Numbered from the stretch's first letter, positions 26,438 to 36,051 are shown. The stretch: 64,000 nt of DNA from Spirochaetota bacterium (GCA_016929135.1 JAFGJK010000065.1:71970-135969), one strand, 5' to 3'. Notes: generated by a model not told the origin, from the letters alone. A program made the numbers and translations.

Positions 26438-27316
26438 TCAGAGGCCGCGCATCCCCTCGGGCCTGAGCATCTCCGGGTTGCGGGACTCCAGGACCGAGTC
26501 AAGGAGACGGAGCATGGTTTCGCGGTCCCGCGGCAGGGTGCCGTTCACCGGAAGGTAGTTCGAGGCGTGGATCCCCACGAATCTCAGGCCCTCCACATGG
26601 AGGTTTGCCAGGATCGTCCGCATCTCCTCCAGCGTCTCGAAGGGGTCCAGGGGGAGGAACTCCCCTGCCTCGATCCGGCGGTGCAGGATCGTTCCCGGCA
26701 CCGGGGTGACGGTGAGGGCAGCAAGGTACTGCGGCCCCATCTCGTTGGTGATCTGCGCCGTGGCCAGGGCGTGCTCCCGGGAGCGGGGCCCCCTGCCGGC
26801 AAGCCCCAGGAGCACCATGGAGGAGAGGTTGATACCGGCGGACAGGAGGTTGCGTCCCGCCCGGAGCATCTCGTCACGGTTCACGCCCTTCTTCACCTCC
26901 GCCAGGAGCGCGTCGTCCCCGGTCTCAACCCCCAGATAGGCCTTGGTCAGTCCGGCCCCGCGGAGCGCGGCGAGATCCCCGGCGCTCTTCCGGAGGGTGC
27001 TCGCCGGGCCGACGTAGGTGCCCACATGGCGGAGCGAGGGGAACGTATCCTTCAACTGGCGCAGTATCGCCAGGAGATCGCCGGTGTCGATGTCGATGGC
27101 GTCGCCGTCGCAGAGGAAGACCTTCTCAATGTCACCGTAGTGCTCTCCGGCCATGCGGATGTCCTCCATAATCTCACCGAGCTCGCGCACCCGGTATCGC
27201 TTGTCCTTGTACATGCCGCAGAAGGTGCACTTATTGTGCGAGCACCCGACGGTGCACTGCAGCAGATAGCTGTTGGCCTCGCTGAAGGGGCGGAAGATGT
27301 TGCCCTCATATCTCAT
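26438..27316 (-). CDS. radical SAM protein
   Basis: CSHNKCTFCGMY is a CxxxCxxC cluster near the N-terminus. Elp3/COG1032-like body (FLCDGDA, GVETGDD). Confidence 0.85.
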   Translation of the reverse strand: MRYEGNIFRPFSEANSYLLQCTVGCSHNKCTFCGMYKDKRYRVRELGEIMEDIRMAGEHYGDIEKVFLCDGDAIDIDTGDLLAILRQLKDTFPSLRHVGTYVGPASTLRKSAGDLAALRGAGLTKAYLGVETGDDALLAEVKKGVNRDEMLRAGRNLLSAGINLSSMVLLGLAGRGPRSREHALATAQITNEMGPQYLAALTVTPVPGTILHRRIEAGEFLPLDPFETLEEMRTILANLHVEGLRFVGIHASNYLPVNGTLPRDRETMLRLLDSVLESRNPEMLRPEGMRGL

Positions 27317-27548
27317 GGTCTTTCCTCTGTGTCATCCAGTCTTGTCCGGGACATTTTATCCCGGGCCGCCGTGGCGTCAAGAAAAGTGCCTGTGGATTGT
27401 GTTTAAATGGAAGGAGGATTCCAGTCTGGGGGTGGGGGGGGGCTCCTCGCTGATAACTTTGTAAGGATGCAGGTTTGCGGGAGTATCGGATGATTTTTGG
27501 AATTTCTCCGTGCTGACACATGTGGATCGATATGCTGTAATGTCCCTA

Positions 27549-28174
27549 TCATGGGTTTATCACCGGTTTGACAAGGGATAACCACAATTGTTGTCCCGAG
27601 GTGTTGAGATGCAGCTCGTCCAGCGACAGATCAAGTTTCAGCGCTGCCCCGTCATAGATACTTTCAAAGACGTCGATGTAGGTCACTCCCTTCTCGGCAC
27701 AGATCTGTTTGATCACGGGATTCCATTCTTCGACCCTGTATTCCCATTCGGTACGCTGGGGCAGAATAGATACGCAGTACACTTCAGGTGTAATCGATAT
27801 ATAGATGTCGACGAGCTGCCGGTATTTCGACTCGAATTCTGCGGTAGTATCATAGGGCGCGTCATTGGTCCCTATCATAACTATGATTCGTGAGGGTTTG
27901 ACAAATTTTATATACTCGGTGCTGATATACAATCCTCGACTTTTGATCCTCCCACGGCCCTGTTGCACGTGGGTTCGGAGAAATATGTCCGCATCATAAA
28001 CATCATTTCCGTGTTGCTGTCGCCCTCGAATACCTGTGCTCCGGAGGTGCAGGATTTATTGATTAGGTACGCCTTCTGGATGAAATCGATGTATTCTTCC
28101 GATGTGCTCTTCGAATTGTAACATGCCCAGGTAGCAACGGGAATACACAGGATTATCAAAGCATACCGTTTCAT
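27549..28174 (-). pseudogene. SGNH/GDSL-family hydrolase lipoprotein interrupted by a 1-nt frameshift (or assembly error)
   Basis: Frame A (28174..27908): signal/lipobox MKRYALIILCIPVATWAC, block I VFEGDSNTE, block II NRAVGGSKVEDC, then a stop. Frame B (27968..27549): continues YISTEYIKFVKPSRIIVMIGTNDA (block III). The frames switch near 27925-27945. AT-richer than the flanks. Confidence 0.65.
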
Positions 28175-28478
28175 TACATGGCCGTATTCCGCTCGGGATA
28201 GCATGCGTGCATCTATCGCAATAATATAATACCAAATTTCAAAGCATGTAACAAGGTCTCTTTGCTGTTACTGGCGTGATACAGCCTTCATGTATGGCGA
28301 ACTCGCATGGCCAGGGGTGGTATTACCACCCATCAATTAAAATGATAATCACCTTCGTCTGGGTATGTACTGGAGGTGTTTCCGTCATCTCCAGATATGC
28401 GGTAAATGTGGTTGATTTAAAATTACGATGCTTCTACCTTGGTACGGATCGATACGGCGGCAGGGAAGGCAGAGGACC

Positions 28479-29141
28479 ATGGACCAGTACACATCTCGCA
28501 CCTATTTCATAGAAAGTGACGATCCCTCGATCGTCGATTTCGCCCGGTCGCGGTCATCCGGCGCCGGCGACGACACCGGCCGCGCCGTGAAAATTTTCTA
28601 CGCGGTGCGCGATGAGGTCCGCTACAATCCCTATTGCTATTCCTTCCATCGGGACCAGTACCGGGCGGGCCTCTGCCTGGAGCGCATGGAGGGCTTCTGC
28701 ATCCAGAAGGCGATCCTGCTGGCCGCCGTATCCCGGGCCCTGGGAATCCCCTGCCGCCTGGGCTTCGCCAACGTGGTGAACCACCTGGCCACGGAGCGCA
28801 TGAAGGAGCTCATGCGGACGGACCTTTTCGTCTTCCACGGGTACAACGAATTTTTCCTGAAGGGGAGGTGGGTCAAGGCCACGCCGGCCTTCAACATCGC
28901 CCTGTGCGAGAAGTTCGGCATCCTCCCGCTGGATTTCGATGGGGAGCATGACTCGGTGTTCCATCCCTTCGACAAATCGGGCCAGCGGCACATGGAGTAC
29001 GTGCACGACTACGGCCCCTTCGCCGATTTTCCGTTCCAGATGATGATCGACGAGTCCCTGAAATACTATCCCCACCTGGCGCAGTTCATGAAGAGCGGGG
29101 TGGAGGCCGCCATGGAAGGGGGCGCCGACCCGGAGCTGTAG
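28479..29141 (+). CDS. transglutaminase-like cysteine-protease-fold protein
   Basis: Start at the ATG at 28479 (MDQYTSR). Core motifs GFCIQKAILLAAVSRALGIPCRLGF and FVFHGYNEFF give a Cys/His arrangement. Confidence 0.8.
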   Translation: MDQYTSRTYFIESDDPSIVDFARSRSSGAGDDTGRAVKIFYAVRDEVRYNPYCYSFHRDQYRAGLCLERMEGFCIQKAILLAAVSRALGIPCRLGFANVVNHLATERMKELMRTDLFVFHGYNEFFLKGRWVKATPAFNIALCEKFGILPLDFDGEHDSVFHPFDKSGQRHMEYVHDYGPFADFPFQMMIDESLKYYPHLAQFMKSGVEAAMEGGADPEL

Positions 29142-29255
29142 GGGGCTGCAGCCTCCACCGGGCCCTCCGGTTCGGCTCCATCAACAGGACGGCCTGCCCC
29201 TGGCGCAATCATTTCAAGGCCTCGATGGACGGGGCTGCGCCACGGCCTATCCCGC

Positions 29256-29284
29256 TTGACAGTATTCATCCGATGGAGTACGAT
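29256..29284 (+). promoter_or_regulatory. sigma70-type promoter placing the transcription start at or next to the ATG at 29291
   Basis: TTGACA (29256-29261), 17-nt spacer, TACGAT (29279-29284). The ATG at 29291 lies 7 nt after the -10 element. Confidence 0.5.
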
Positions 29285-29290
29285 GGGGTC

Positions 29291-29905
29291 ATGAGATACG
29301 CGCTGGTACTCCTGACCATCCTGTGCGCGGCCGCCCTCCCGGTGTGCCGGGGGGAACAGATGCCGGTCATCGCGGTGCAGCCCCTGGGCCCGGTTGACAG
29401 GGGGACAGTGGAACTGGTGATGCGGGGCGTACGGGAATACTACCGCCTGGAGGCGGTCCTGCTCCCTCCCATCCCTCTCCCCCCGCATGCCTATTATGCA
29501 CACCGAAACCGCTATCGTGCCGAGAAGCTGCTCGCCCATCTCGACTCGCTCCACGGAGCGGCCTATCGCGCGGTTCTGGGGATCACCGCGAGCGACATAT
29601 CCACGACCAAGGGTGATATCCCCGACTGGGGGATCTTCGGCCTCGCCATCCTGGGGGGGCGGGCCTGCGTGGTTTCCACCTTCCGTCTCCGCCGGGGCGC
29701 CGGGGAGGCGAAAATCAACGAGCGGCTGGTGAAGGTGGCGAACCACGAGCTGGGGCATGCCTTCGGACTCCCCCACTGCCCCACGCCGCGCTGCCTCATG
29801 AACGACGCGAAGGGGACGATCGCCACGGTGGATTACTCGACGGGGCGGCTCTGCGACAGGTGCAGGGAGAAACTGCTGCGCTCCGTCGCCGGGGGGGTGC
29901 GCTGA
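29291..29905 (+). CDS. archaemetzincin-like zinc metallopeptidase (M54) with signal peptide
   Basis: HELGHAFGLPHCPTPRCLMNDAKGTIATVDYSTGRLCDRC fits HExxHxxGx3Cx4CxMx17CxxC exactly. The N-terminus MRYALVLLTILCAAALPVC is signal/lipobox-like. An upstream ATG at 29225 is possible. Confidence 0.82.
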   Translation: MRYALVLLTILCAAALPVCRGEQMPVIAVQPLGPVDRGTVELVMRGVREYYRLEAVLLPPIPLPPHAYYAHRNRYRAEKLLAHLDSLHGAAYRAVLGITASDISTTKGDIPDWGIFGLAILGGRACVVSTFRLRRGAGEAKINERLVKVANHELGHAFGLPHCPTPRCLMNDAKGTIATVDYSTGRLCDRCREKLLRSVAGGVR

Positions 29906-29961
29906 GGCCGCAGCCCGTGCCCCCGGCGGACGGGTTTCATCGAAGCCCGCAGTGCATCGCC

Positions 29962-31086
29962 TTACAGTACGGTGGTGCCGAGTAGATGCCCGATGGCGAA
30001 GGTCACGGCGGCGGTCGCCAGGCCGAAGGCCATCTGCCGCAGTCCGGAGAGGATCGGGTTCCGTCCCGTCATCAGGGTGATGGCGGCGCCGATGGCGAAG
30101 AGCCCCAGGGTGCTGGACACGGCGCTGGCGATGATGCCGGCGGTGCCGGTGAGGAATACGTAGGGGATCACAGGGACGACGGCTCCCGCCGTGAATAGGA
30201 CGAAGGAGGTGAGAGCCGCCTCCCAGGCCGACCCGCCGAGCTCCTTGGGATCGATGCCGAGCTCCTCCCGGGCCAGGGTGTCCAGCGCCGTTGCCGGATC
30301 CGAGATGAGCCTGTCGGCCATGGCGCGGGCGGTTGCCGCGTCGATCCCCTTGGCCTGGTAGATCAGCGCAAGCTCCTCCACCTCCTCCTCCGGGATCTCC
30401 GCCAGCTCCCGTTTCTCCACGTCCAGCTGGTGGGTGTAGAGCTCCCGGGAACTCTGCACCGAAAGCCATTCTCCCAGTGCCATGGAGAGTGCCCCGGCCA
30501 GCAGCCCCGCCAGCCCGGTCATCAGGATGGCGCCGGAGGAGACGCCGGCACCGGCAACGCCCATCACCAGGCAGAAGACCGAGACCAGCCCGTCGTTCGC
30601 CCCCAGAACCGCGGCGCGGAGAGCATTGCCGCCGGCGGCGCGGTGCCGCCCCTCGAAGCGTGCCAGGTCGCTCCCCTGGAGGCCCCCTGAGGTGCGCGTC
30701 AGGTAGCCGAATACGCGGGCATGAGACTGCTCGTCCGCCGGCATGTTCACGCCCTCGGCGTCTGCCTGGCCCGCGTAGCCTGCGGCGGCGGAACGTTCGA
30801 TCGACGCGATCGTGGGGAGTATGAACGCCGGCCCGAACCTGCCGGCCATCCACCGGAAGATCCTGGTGCGCAGAGAGGGCCTGAAGGCCGGTATTGCGGC
30901 GCCGGTCTCCCTGAGCCTCTCCTTCCAGAATTCGGCGTGCCTCCGTTCGGTTTCCATGAGTTTCCGGTAGATTTCCGCCAGATCGGCGTTCTCCTCCGCC
31001 TCGGCGAGGCGTTCGTACAGGGTGATGGCCTCCTGTTCCGCCCTGAGGTTCTGTCGGTAGCGCTTGATGTCGTCCTGTTCCGTCAT
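29962..31086 (-). CDS. VIT1/CCC1-family iron/manganese transporter with N-terminal ferritin-like domain
   Basis: N-terminal ferritin/rubrerythrin-like helices (EQEAITLYERLAE...METERRHAEFW). C-terminal VIT motif ANDGLVSVFCLVMGVAGA and several TM helices. Confidence 0.85.
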   Translation of the reverse strand: MTEQDDIKRYRQNLRAEQEAITLYERLAEAEENADLAEIYRKLMETERRHAEFWKERLRETGAAIPAFRPSLRTRIFRWMAGRFGPAFILPTIASIERSAAAGYAGQADAEGVNMPADEQSHARVFGYLTRTSGGLQGSDLARFEGRHRAAGGNALRAAVLGANDGLVSVFCLVMGVAGAGVSSGAILMTGLAGLLAGALSMALGEWLSVQSSRELYTHQLDVEKRELAEIPEEEVEELALIYQAKGIDAATARAMADRLISDPATALDTLAREELGIDPKELGGSAWEAALTSFVLFTAGAVVPVIPYVFLTGTAGIIASAVSSTLGLFAIGAAITLMTGRNPILSGLRQMAFGLATAAVTFAIGHLLGTTVL

Positions 31087-31153
31087 GGTCTTTCCCTTAT
31101 AATAGTTTTATCGCGCCCTGTGGCGCCCGTGATCTGCTGCGCCGCAGATGCGG

Positions 31154-31552
31154 TCATCCCGCCCGGGGAGGGGAGGCCCATCGCCTCAGGGCGTACACCG
31201 CGGCTCCGCAGAGCAGGGCGTAGAGGACCAGCACCGCGGCAAGAGATGCGCCGCCCCCCAGGATCGCACCGCCGTACTCGAAGAGCACCAGGAGAAAGCG
31301 GTTGCATGTCTCGGCAACCGCGAAAAAGGCCCAGGAGGCAATCATGGAGACGGCTGCCGGCCGGTGTCGCAGCAGCCGCGTCCAGGCGAGGATCCACAGG
31401 AAACCGGCGGCGTGGACAGGCAGGCTCCACTGCCAGGGGGAGATCCTTTCGAAATGCCAGAGGTGCAGGGGGGAGCCGGCGCTCCCCAGGATCAGCTCGG
31501 CGGCGAGTATGGCGGCACCGTAGGCGCAGGCGATGGGCACAACGCGCATCAT
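31154..31552 (-). CDS. hypothetical 4-TM membrane protein
   Basis: Hydrophobic ORF with start chosen at MMRVVPIACAYGAAILAAEL. Same strand as the VIT1 gene and 67 nt upstream of it. No family recognised. Confidence 0.5.
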   Translation of the reverse strand: MMRVVPIACAYGAAILAAELILGSAGSPLHLWHFERISPWQWSLPVHAAGFLWILAWTRLLRHRPAAVSMIASWAFFAVAETCNRFLLVLFEYGGAILGGGASLAAVLVLYALLCGAAVYALRRWASPPRAG

Positions 31553-31708
31553 GACGGTGCAGGATAGAGGAAAAACCGCCGCAGGGCAAGAAGAATTTCC
31601 CTTGACCGCCGGCCCACGGAGGCCCACAATGAAGGCGGCCGGAGGAGGGTTCACGCTCCGGGATCATGGGGGGTACCGATGGGGGCACCGGACGGCTGGC
31701 ACGGCGCG

Positions 31709-32185
31709 ATGACGGAATACCGGATGCTGATGGGCCTCGAGCTCTTCATCGCCATGGTCATAGCCGCAGGGTACCCCCTGCTGGCCGCACCGAAGATCGC
31801 GCGGGGGAGCCTCCTCCATATCGCGATCTGGCTTGCCGCTGTCACTCTGTCGTTCATCCCTCTGTATGTCACCGCGGTGCGGAACAGGGAGGAGAAGCAC
31901 GGCATCAGGCGATGCTTCGATTTCCACCTGGAGGAGGGGCTCGCCGCCCTGTCCCGGATGCTGGAGGCCGAGGGTACGCACTACAGCCTGGACCGGATAG
32001 CCTCGCGGTTTCACTATGGGGGGTACTGCCACCTGTTCTGTATCCCCCTGACCGGCGGGGACCTCTTCCTTAAGATCTATTCGGACAAATACTCCCGCCG
32101 GCACGTAGCGCTCTATCCGATAAGGGAGGGCACCGCGGCGACGGCCATCGACCTCGCCTGGAGGATGAACGGTCTCTTCCGCTGA
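31709..32185 (+). CDS. hypothetical membrane-anchored protein
   Basis: Two N-terminal TM helices (LELFIAMVIAAGYPLLAA; LLHIAIWLAAVTLSFIPLYV) and a soluble C-terminal domain. The start could be 31679. Confidence 0.5.
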   Translation: MTEYRMLMGLELFIAMVIAAGYPLLAAPKIARGSLLHIAIWLAAVTLSFIPLYVTAVRNREEKHGIRRCFDFHLEEGLAALSRMLEAEGTHYSLDRIASRFHYGGYCHLFCIPLTGGDLFLKIYSDKYSRRHVALYPIREGTAATAIDLAWRMNGLFR

Positions 32186-32328
32186 CGCCACGCGCCGGCG
32201 AAGACCTATTTTTTTCCTTGATGCGCCCGGCCGCCGGGGGGTAGTATGGGCGACGGCACGGCGTCGCTACCAATACGGCCGCCGTGTTGAAAGGGTGACC
32301 CTGCTGGTCACCCGGGGAGGTGGGTCAT

Positions 32329-32799
32329 ATGAGACTTCATACAGAACAGGAACGGGATCGCTGCACAGCGGCGCGACGCCTGTCGGCTGCCGCGGCCCTG
32401 GCGGTATCACTTCTGGCGCTCTCCTGCACCGTCGGCACGCGGCAGGAGACCTCCGCCCTCGGGTGGATCGACGACAGCACCTACGTGGTGGAGGCGGCCG
32501 GGCTCGCCGCGGGCCCGGCGTCGAACCGTGAGGCCGCCAGGAAGAGCGCCCGGGAGTCGGCCGTCGCGGCGGCCAGGAAGATCGCCAGGGAGAGATTCGT
32601 GGGTGAGCGGATCGGGGCGGGCTTCGATTCCGGGCAACGCTACGTCGCGGAGGTGCTGGGGCCCCTCATCGACCGCGGTGAGGTCATCCGTGAGACCTGG
32701 GAGGGGGACGGCGCCTGCCAGGTCCGCTACCGCGTCAGCTCGCCGGGGCTGAAGGACCGGCTCCTGCGGATGAGCCCCCGGGGCGGCGAGGCGCCGTGA
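32329..32799 (+). CDS. hypothetical lipoprotein
   Basis: Lipobox LLALSC. GGGGAGG RBS 8 nt before the ATG at 32329. An 8-bp hairpin GGGTGACC/GGTCACCC (32293-32313) sits just upstream. Confidence 0.55.
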   Translation: MRLHTEQERDRCTAARRLSAAAALAVSLLALSCTVGTRQETSALGWIDDSTYVVEAAGLAAGPASNREAARKSARESAVAAARKIARERFVGERIGAGFDSGQRYVAEVLGPLIDRGEVIRETWEGDGACQVRYRVSSPGLKDRLLRMSPRGGEAP

Positions 32800-33004
32800 C
32801 CCCGGCGCACTCCCCGTTGCGCGGTTATCGGCACCATGACCGGTCCCCGGCGTGTATCGGATGAATACATTGAACCGATGAATCGGAAAAAAACCGGGCA
32901 CCCTTACGGATCGATTCCTCATGGTCTGGATCGGTTATATATGTTAACAACAAGGCAAATGGTAGATAAAATAATTAACGATTTTTTATTTAAGGAGAAA
33001 GACC

Positions 33005-33427
33005 ATGCCGTACCCATCTGAATACCAGCGTGCGTCGGACCATTTCGCGAAATTCCTTATGGACGCCAAAGAGGAGGCCGGATTCGGCTCCGCCCACCAG
33101 GCCTACACCATGGTCCAGGGGGTCTTCCAGGCGTTCCGCCGACGGCTGGACATCAGGGATTCCATCATCTTCACCTCGGTCATGAACGTCGGAATGCGGG
33201 CGCTCTACATTGCCGACTGGAACCCCGACGAGAAGAGGGTTCCCTTCGGTTCCCTGGAGGACATGAACCGGGACGTGAAGACGCTGCGACCCCTGCACAA
33301 TTTTTCCCCCGATAACGCCATCGCGTACGTGGCGAGGGCCCTGCGGAAGAATGTCGACGAAGAGAGATTCGATGCCATCCTGGCGCTGCTCCCCCCCGAG
33401 GCGAGGGAGTTCTGGATGGTTCGCTGA
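33005..33427 (+). CDS. DUF2267-like protein
   Basis: 140 aa. AAGGAGA RBS. The helical pattern YQRASDHFAKFLMDA...AYTMVQGVFQAFRRRL resembles DUF2267. Confidence 0.6.
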   Translation: MPYPSEYQRASDHFAKFLMDAKEEAGFGSAHQAYTMVQGVFQAFRRRLDIRDSIIFTSVMNVGMRALYIADWNPDEKRVPFGSLEDMNRDVKTLRPLHNFSPDNAIAYVARALRKNVDEERFDAILALLPPEAREFWMVR

Positions 33428-33483
33428 TGCACTGCCGGATTGTCATCAACAGACGTTAACGAATACGCCATTACCCTGTTCAT

Positions 33484-33523
33484 GAAAAAAACAGAGACCC
33501 CATGGGAACATCGGGATCTCTGT
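33484..33523 (-). terminator. Rho-independent terminator (minus strand; possibly bidirectional)
   Basis: Stem ACAGAGACCC / GGGATCTCTGT (10 of 11 positions pair) with A7 on the plus-strand 5' side, giving U7 after the hairpin on the minus strand. Downstream of the 33607..34491 gene. Confidence 0.6.
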
Positions 33524-33606
33524 TCGGTGTGTTTCTTCAAATGGAACTGACGCGCCGGAGAATCCGGCTTCGTTGAAGAATTCCGGTCTCCGGCTTTGCG
33601 TGCTCT

Positions 33607-34491
33607 CTATTGCCGCGTGTGTGCCCTCGAGGCCGACGCGGTCATGTGGGCCTTCGCTCGCGAGATAACGCTGTTTGCCGCGTTCGCCGTCTGCAATGCC
33701 GTACCGCGGACGCCGGCGACCATCAGCCGCGCGATTGCGTTCTCGTTCCTGTTCTTTGCGGCGTTGACCAGATTCATGCGGTTCGCATTCATATAGGAGC
33801 GGAACGCGTTCAATTCAGCAGATGAGCGGAATTCGTATACACTTATGAACTTCCCCCAGGGATCTTCCGGATTTGGTCTGTCATCATCATCGTCCGGCTC
33901 GTCCGGGGGAGGACTGTCGTCGCAGGTGGAGCTGTAATACGAGGTGGTGTCTCCATCAGAATCGGTCACGTCTGAGGTCGTTGTTGTTGTACCCGTCGAA
34001 CTGTCATAATGCTGATTCACTGTCTGGCTTGATCCATCCGAACTTGAATAGTGTTCAGAGGTTGTTACGGTATGATGTTCAACATTGCCGTGCTGGCTCG
34101 AGTGAGTGACAACGGAGACCACACAGGAAAAGGTTTCCATTCTCGAATAGATCCGGGCGAATACCCTCGCCTTTGCGGCGCCCATGTGCAATACGCGATC
34201 CAACACCCTAAACCTGTCGGTTGTACCGAACCATTTGGTTCGAAAGGCGTTGGACTGGCTGATATTGATGCGTGAGAATCGTTTACCCGTTGCGGTGTCC
34301 CTCACAACCTGAGGTATGGCCGTTTGATTTGCCGTGTACTCCTTTCCTGCAGCGGGTCTTCTCCTCACTGTTCTTTCAGAATAAATCGGGACTGCGAAGA
34401 TGAGGATTAAACAAAGAATGAAAGCGTATTTCAATGCAACAACCGTTGAGGGGGAAAACAGGGTGCTGATTCTTTGACAATACCTTCTCAT
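33607..34491 (-). CDS. hypothetical secreted protein with Ser/Thr/Asp-rich low-complexity region
   Basis: 294 aa. N-terminal TM/signal YAFILCLILIFAVPIYS. Central region SSSDGSSQ...TGTTTTTSDVTDSDGDTT...PPPDEPDDDDDRP. AT-richer DNA. No family recognised. Confidence 0.55.
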   Translation of the reverse strand: MRRYCQRISTLFSPSTVVALKYAFILCLILIFAVPIYSERTVRRRPAAGKEYTANQTAIPQVVRDTATGKRFSRINISQSNAFRTKWFGTTDRFRVLDRVLHMGAAKARVFARIYSRMETFSCVVSVVTHSSQHGNVEHHTVTTSEHYSSSDGSSQTVNQHYDSSTGTTTTTSDVTDSDGDTTSYYSSTCDDSPPPDEPDDDDDRPNPEDPWGKFISVYEFRSSAELNAFRSYMNANRMNLVNAAKNRNENAIARLMVAGVRGTALQTANAANSVISRAKAHMTASASRAHTRQ

Positions 34492-34704
34492 GTCGTACCT
34501 CCTTTAGCATTGTTCAAATGACACATATCGAAAATTCGAAGTAAACGCAGGAATGTCTCATGATTGCAATCACCACACAGACTACCAGAGTGTCGAAGGA
34601 TATTCAAGAAAAAAATTGTAAGGACAGATGTATAGCGGTTATTCGATATGCTTTCTGTCCATGGGTCCCTGCATGATTCGCTTCTGTCTATGAAAGGCCT
34701 TTAT

Positions 34705-34995
34705 TCAGTCGTTGAAATCGATCACTATGTGGAACTTCCCCTCGTCTCCCGGACCTGCCGCGCAGCTCCGCAGCACCGTCCCCTCGCATCGCACCGTCTT
34801 TGCGCCTTTTTCGTCGGAAACCGGGAGCTGGAATATGACGTAGGTGCCCAGCGGGATGTCCGTATCCGTCTGACACATCATGCCCCCTTCGCTCAAGTTT
34901 ATTCCCCGGGCCTGGACGATCTCACCGTCACTCGTGGCGAGCTCGAAGGTTCGTGATATCGGAAAGCGCTTGCGTCGCCGTCTCTCTTTTTCCAT
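34705..34995 (-). CDS. PilZ-domain protein (c-di-GMP binding)
   Basis: RRRRKRFPI (RxxxR) and GINLSEGGM (D/NxSxxG) motifs at the correct spacing. 96 aa. Confidence 0.75.
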   Translation of the reverse strand: MEKERRRRKRFPISRTFELATSDGEIVQARGINLSEGGMMCQTDTDIPLGTYVIFQLPVSDEKGAKTVRCEGTVLRSCAAGPGDEGKFHIVIDFND

Positions 34996-35267
34996 GCATA
35001 TTCACTCCCTTCGTTTGTGGATACGTACGGCCACTGATGAGGAGAGTACCTATCGGGTCAATTGTCAAGGACCTTTTATGATTGTTCGTCTGGTGCGTAT
35101 CCTTCCAGTTATTGGGGAATCCTCCGCATTATCCTGGACAGGCGGGTAAGTTTTAAAAAAAAGCTACGAGATGGGATTCCGGATAATCCCCCGAAGCCCA
35201 CCTCTTGCAGAACGGGGAGATCGCCGTCTTCTCTCCGGCAACCCCCCGTTCCTCCCCATCCCCGTGC

Positions 35268-35930
35268 TTACGATGCCCTTCTGATCGATCCCGGATTCAG
35301 GCAGCCCTTGATGTCCTTCAGCGCCCGCCGGTAGTTGATCTCCGCCCGCTTCCAGTTGATCAACCTCCAGAAGGCCATGATGTAGTCGGGCCTCCTGTTC
35401 TGGTATGTCAGGTAGTAGGCGTGCTCCCACACGTCCAGGCCGATCACCGGGATGAGCCCCTCCATGATGGGGCTGTCCTGATTCGCCGTGGAGTGCACCA
35501 CCAGTTCCCCCAGGGCGTTCACCGAGAGCCACGCCCATCCGGATCCGAAGCGCTGTGCCGCGGCATTCTCGAACTCCTTCCGGAAGTTTTCGATGGAGCC
35601 GAAGCGCTTCACCAGTGCATCGGCGAATTCGCCGGCAGGGGCGCTCCCCTCATGGCCCCCCAGTATCTCCCAGAAGAGCGAGTGGTTCAGGTGTCCGCCC
35701 CCGTTGTTACGGACGTCGTTCCTGATCTCCTCGGGCAGGCTTGCCAGGTTCGCCAGCAGGTGCTCCAGCGACAGGTCGAATAGATGCGGGTGCTTTTCCA
35801 GGGCCGCGTTCAGCTTCGTGACGTAGGTACCGTGGTGCTTGCCGTGGTGGATCTCCATGGTCTTGGCGTCGATATACGGTTCCAGTGCGTTATATGCGTA
35901 GGGCAGGTCGGGTAATGAATGTCTGCTCAT
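35268..35930 (-). CDS. Fe/Mn-family superoxide dismutase
   Basis: [28 protein letters not shown] ... [20 protein letters not shown] are canonical SOD motifs. AAGGAGG RBS. Confidence 0.93.
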   Translation of the reverse strand: MSRHSLPDLPYAYNALEPYIDAKTMEIHHGKHHGTYVTKLNAALEKHPHLFDLSLEHLLANLASLPEEIRNDVRNNGGGHLNHSLFWEILGGHEGSAPAGEFADALVKRFGSIENFRKEFENAAAQRFGSGWAWLSVNALGELVVHSTANQDSPIMEGLIPVIGLDVWEHAYYLTYQNRRPDYIMAFWRLINWKRAEINYRRALKDIKGCLNPGSIRRAS

Positions 35931-35949
35931 CGTTTGCCTCCTTGTTGAA

Positions 35950-36000
35950 TTAGAAAATTCTAAATTACTAAAATATAATGAATCCCCCTGCAGGAGTCAA
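35950..36000 (-). promoter_or_regulatory. sod promoter with an inverted repeat at the transcription start
   Basis: Minus strand: TTGACT (36000-35995), 17-nt spacer, TATATT (35977-35972). The inverted repeat TTAGAA-N2-TTCTAA (35950-35963) lies immediately downstream. Confidence 0.55.
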
Positions 36001-36051
36001 CCCGTTCCATTGAAAAAACACGGGGACGGTGGACGGCGGGAATGGACCGGT

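Noticed and set aside
29066-30853. 595-aa ORF on the minus strand.
   Set aside because: It is an alternate-frame or antisense shadow over the archaemetzincin and VIT1 genes. It is extremely Arg/Gly/Pro-rich, while the VIT1 frame has convincing ferritin-like and TM motifs.
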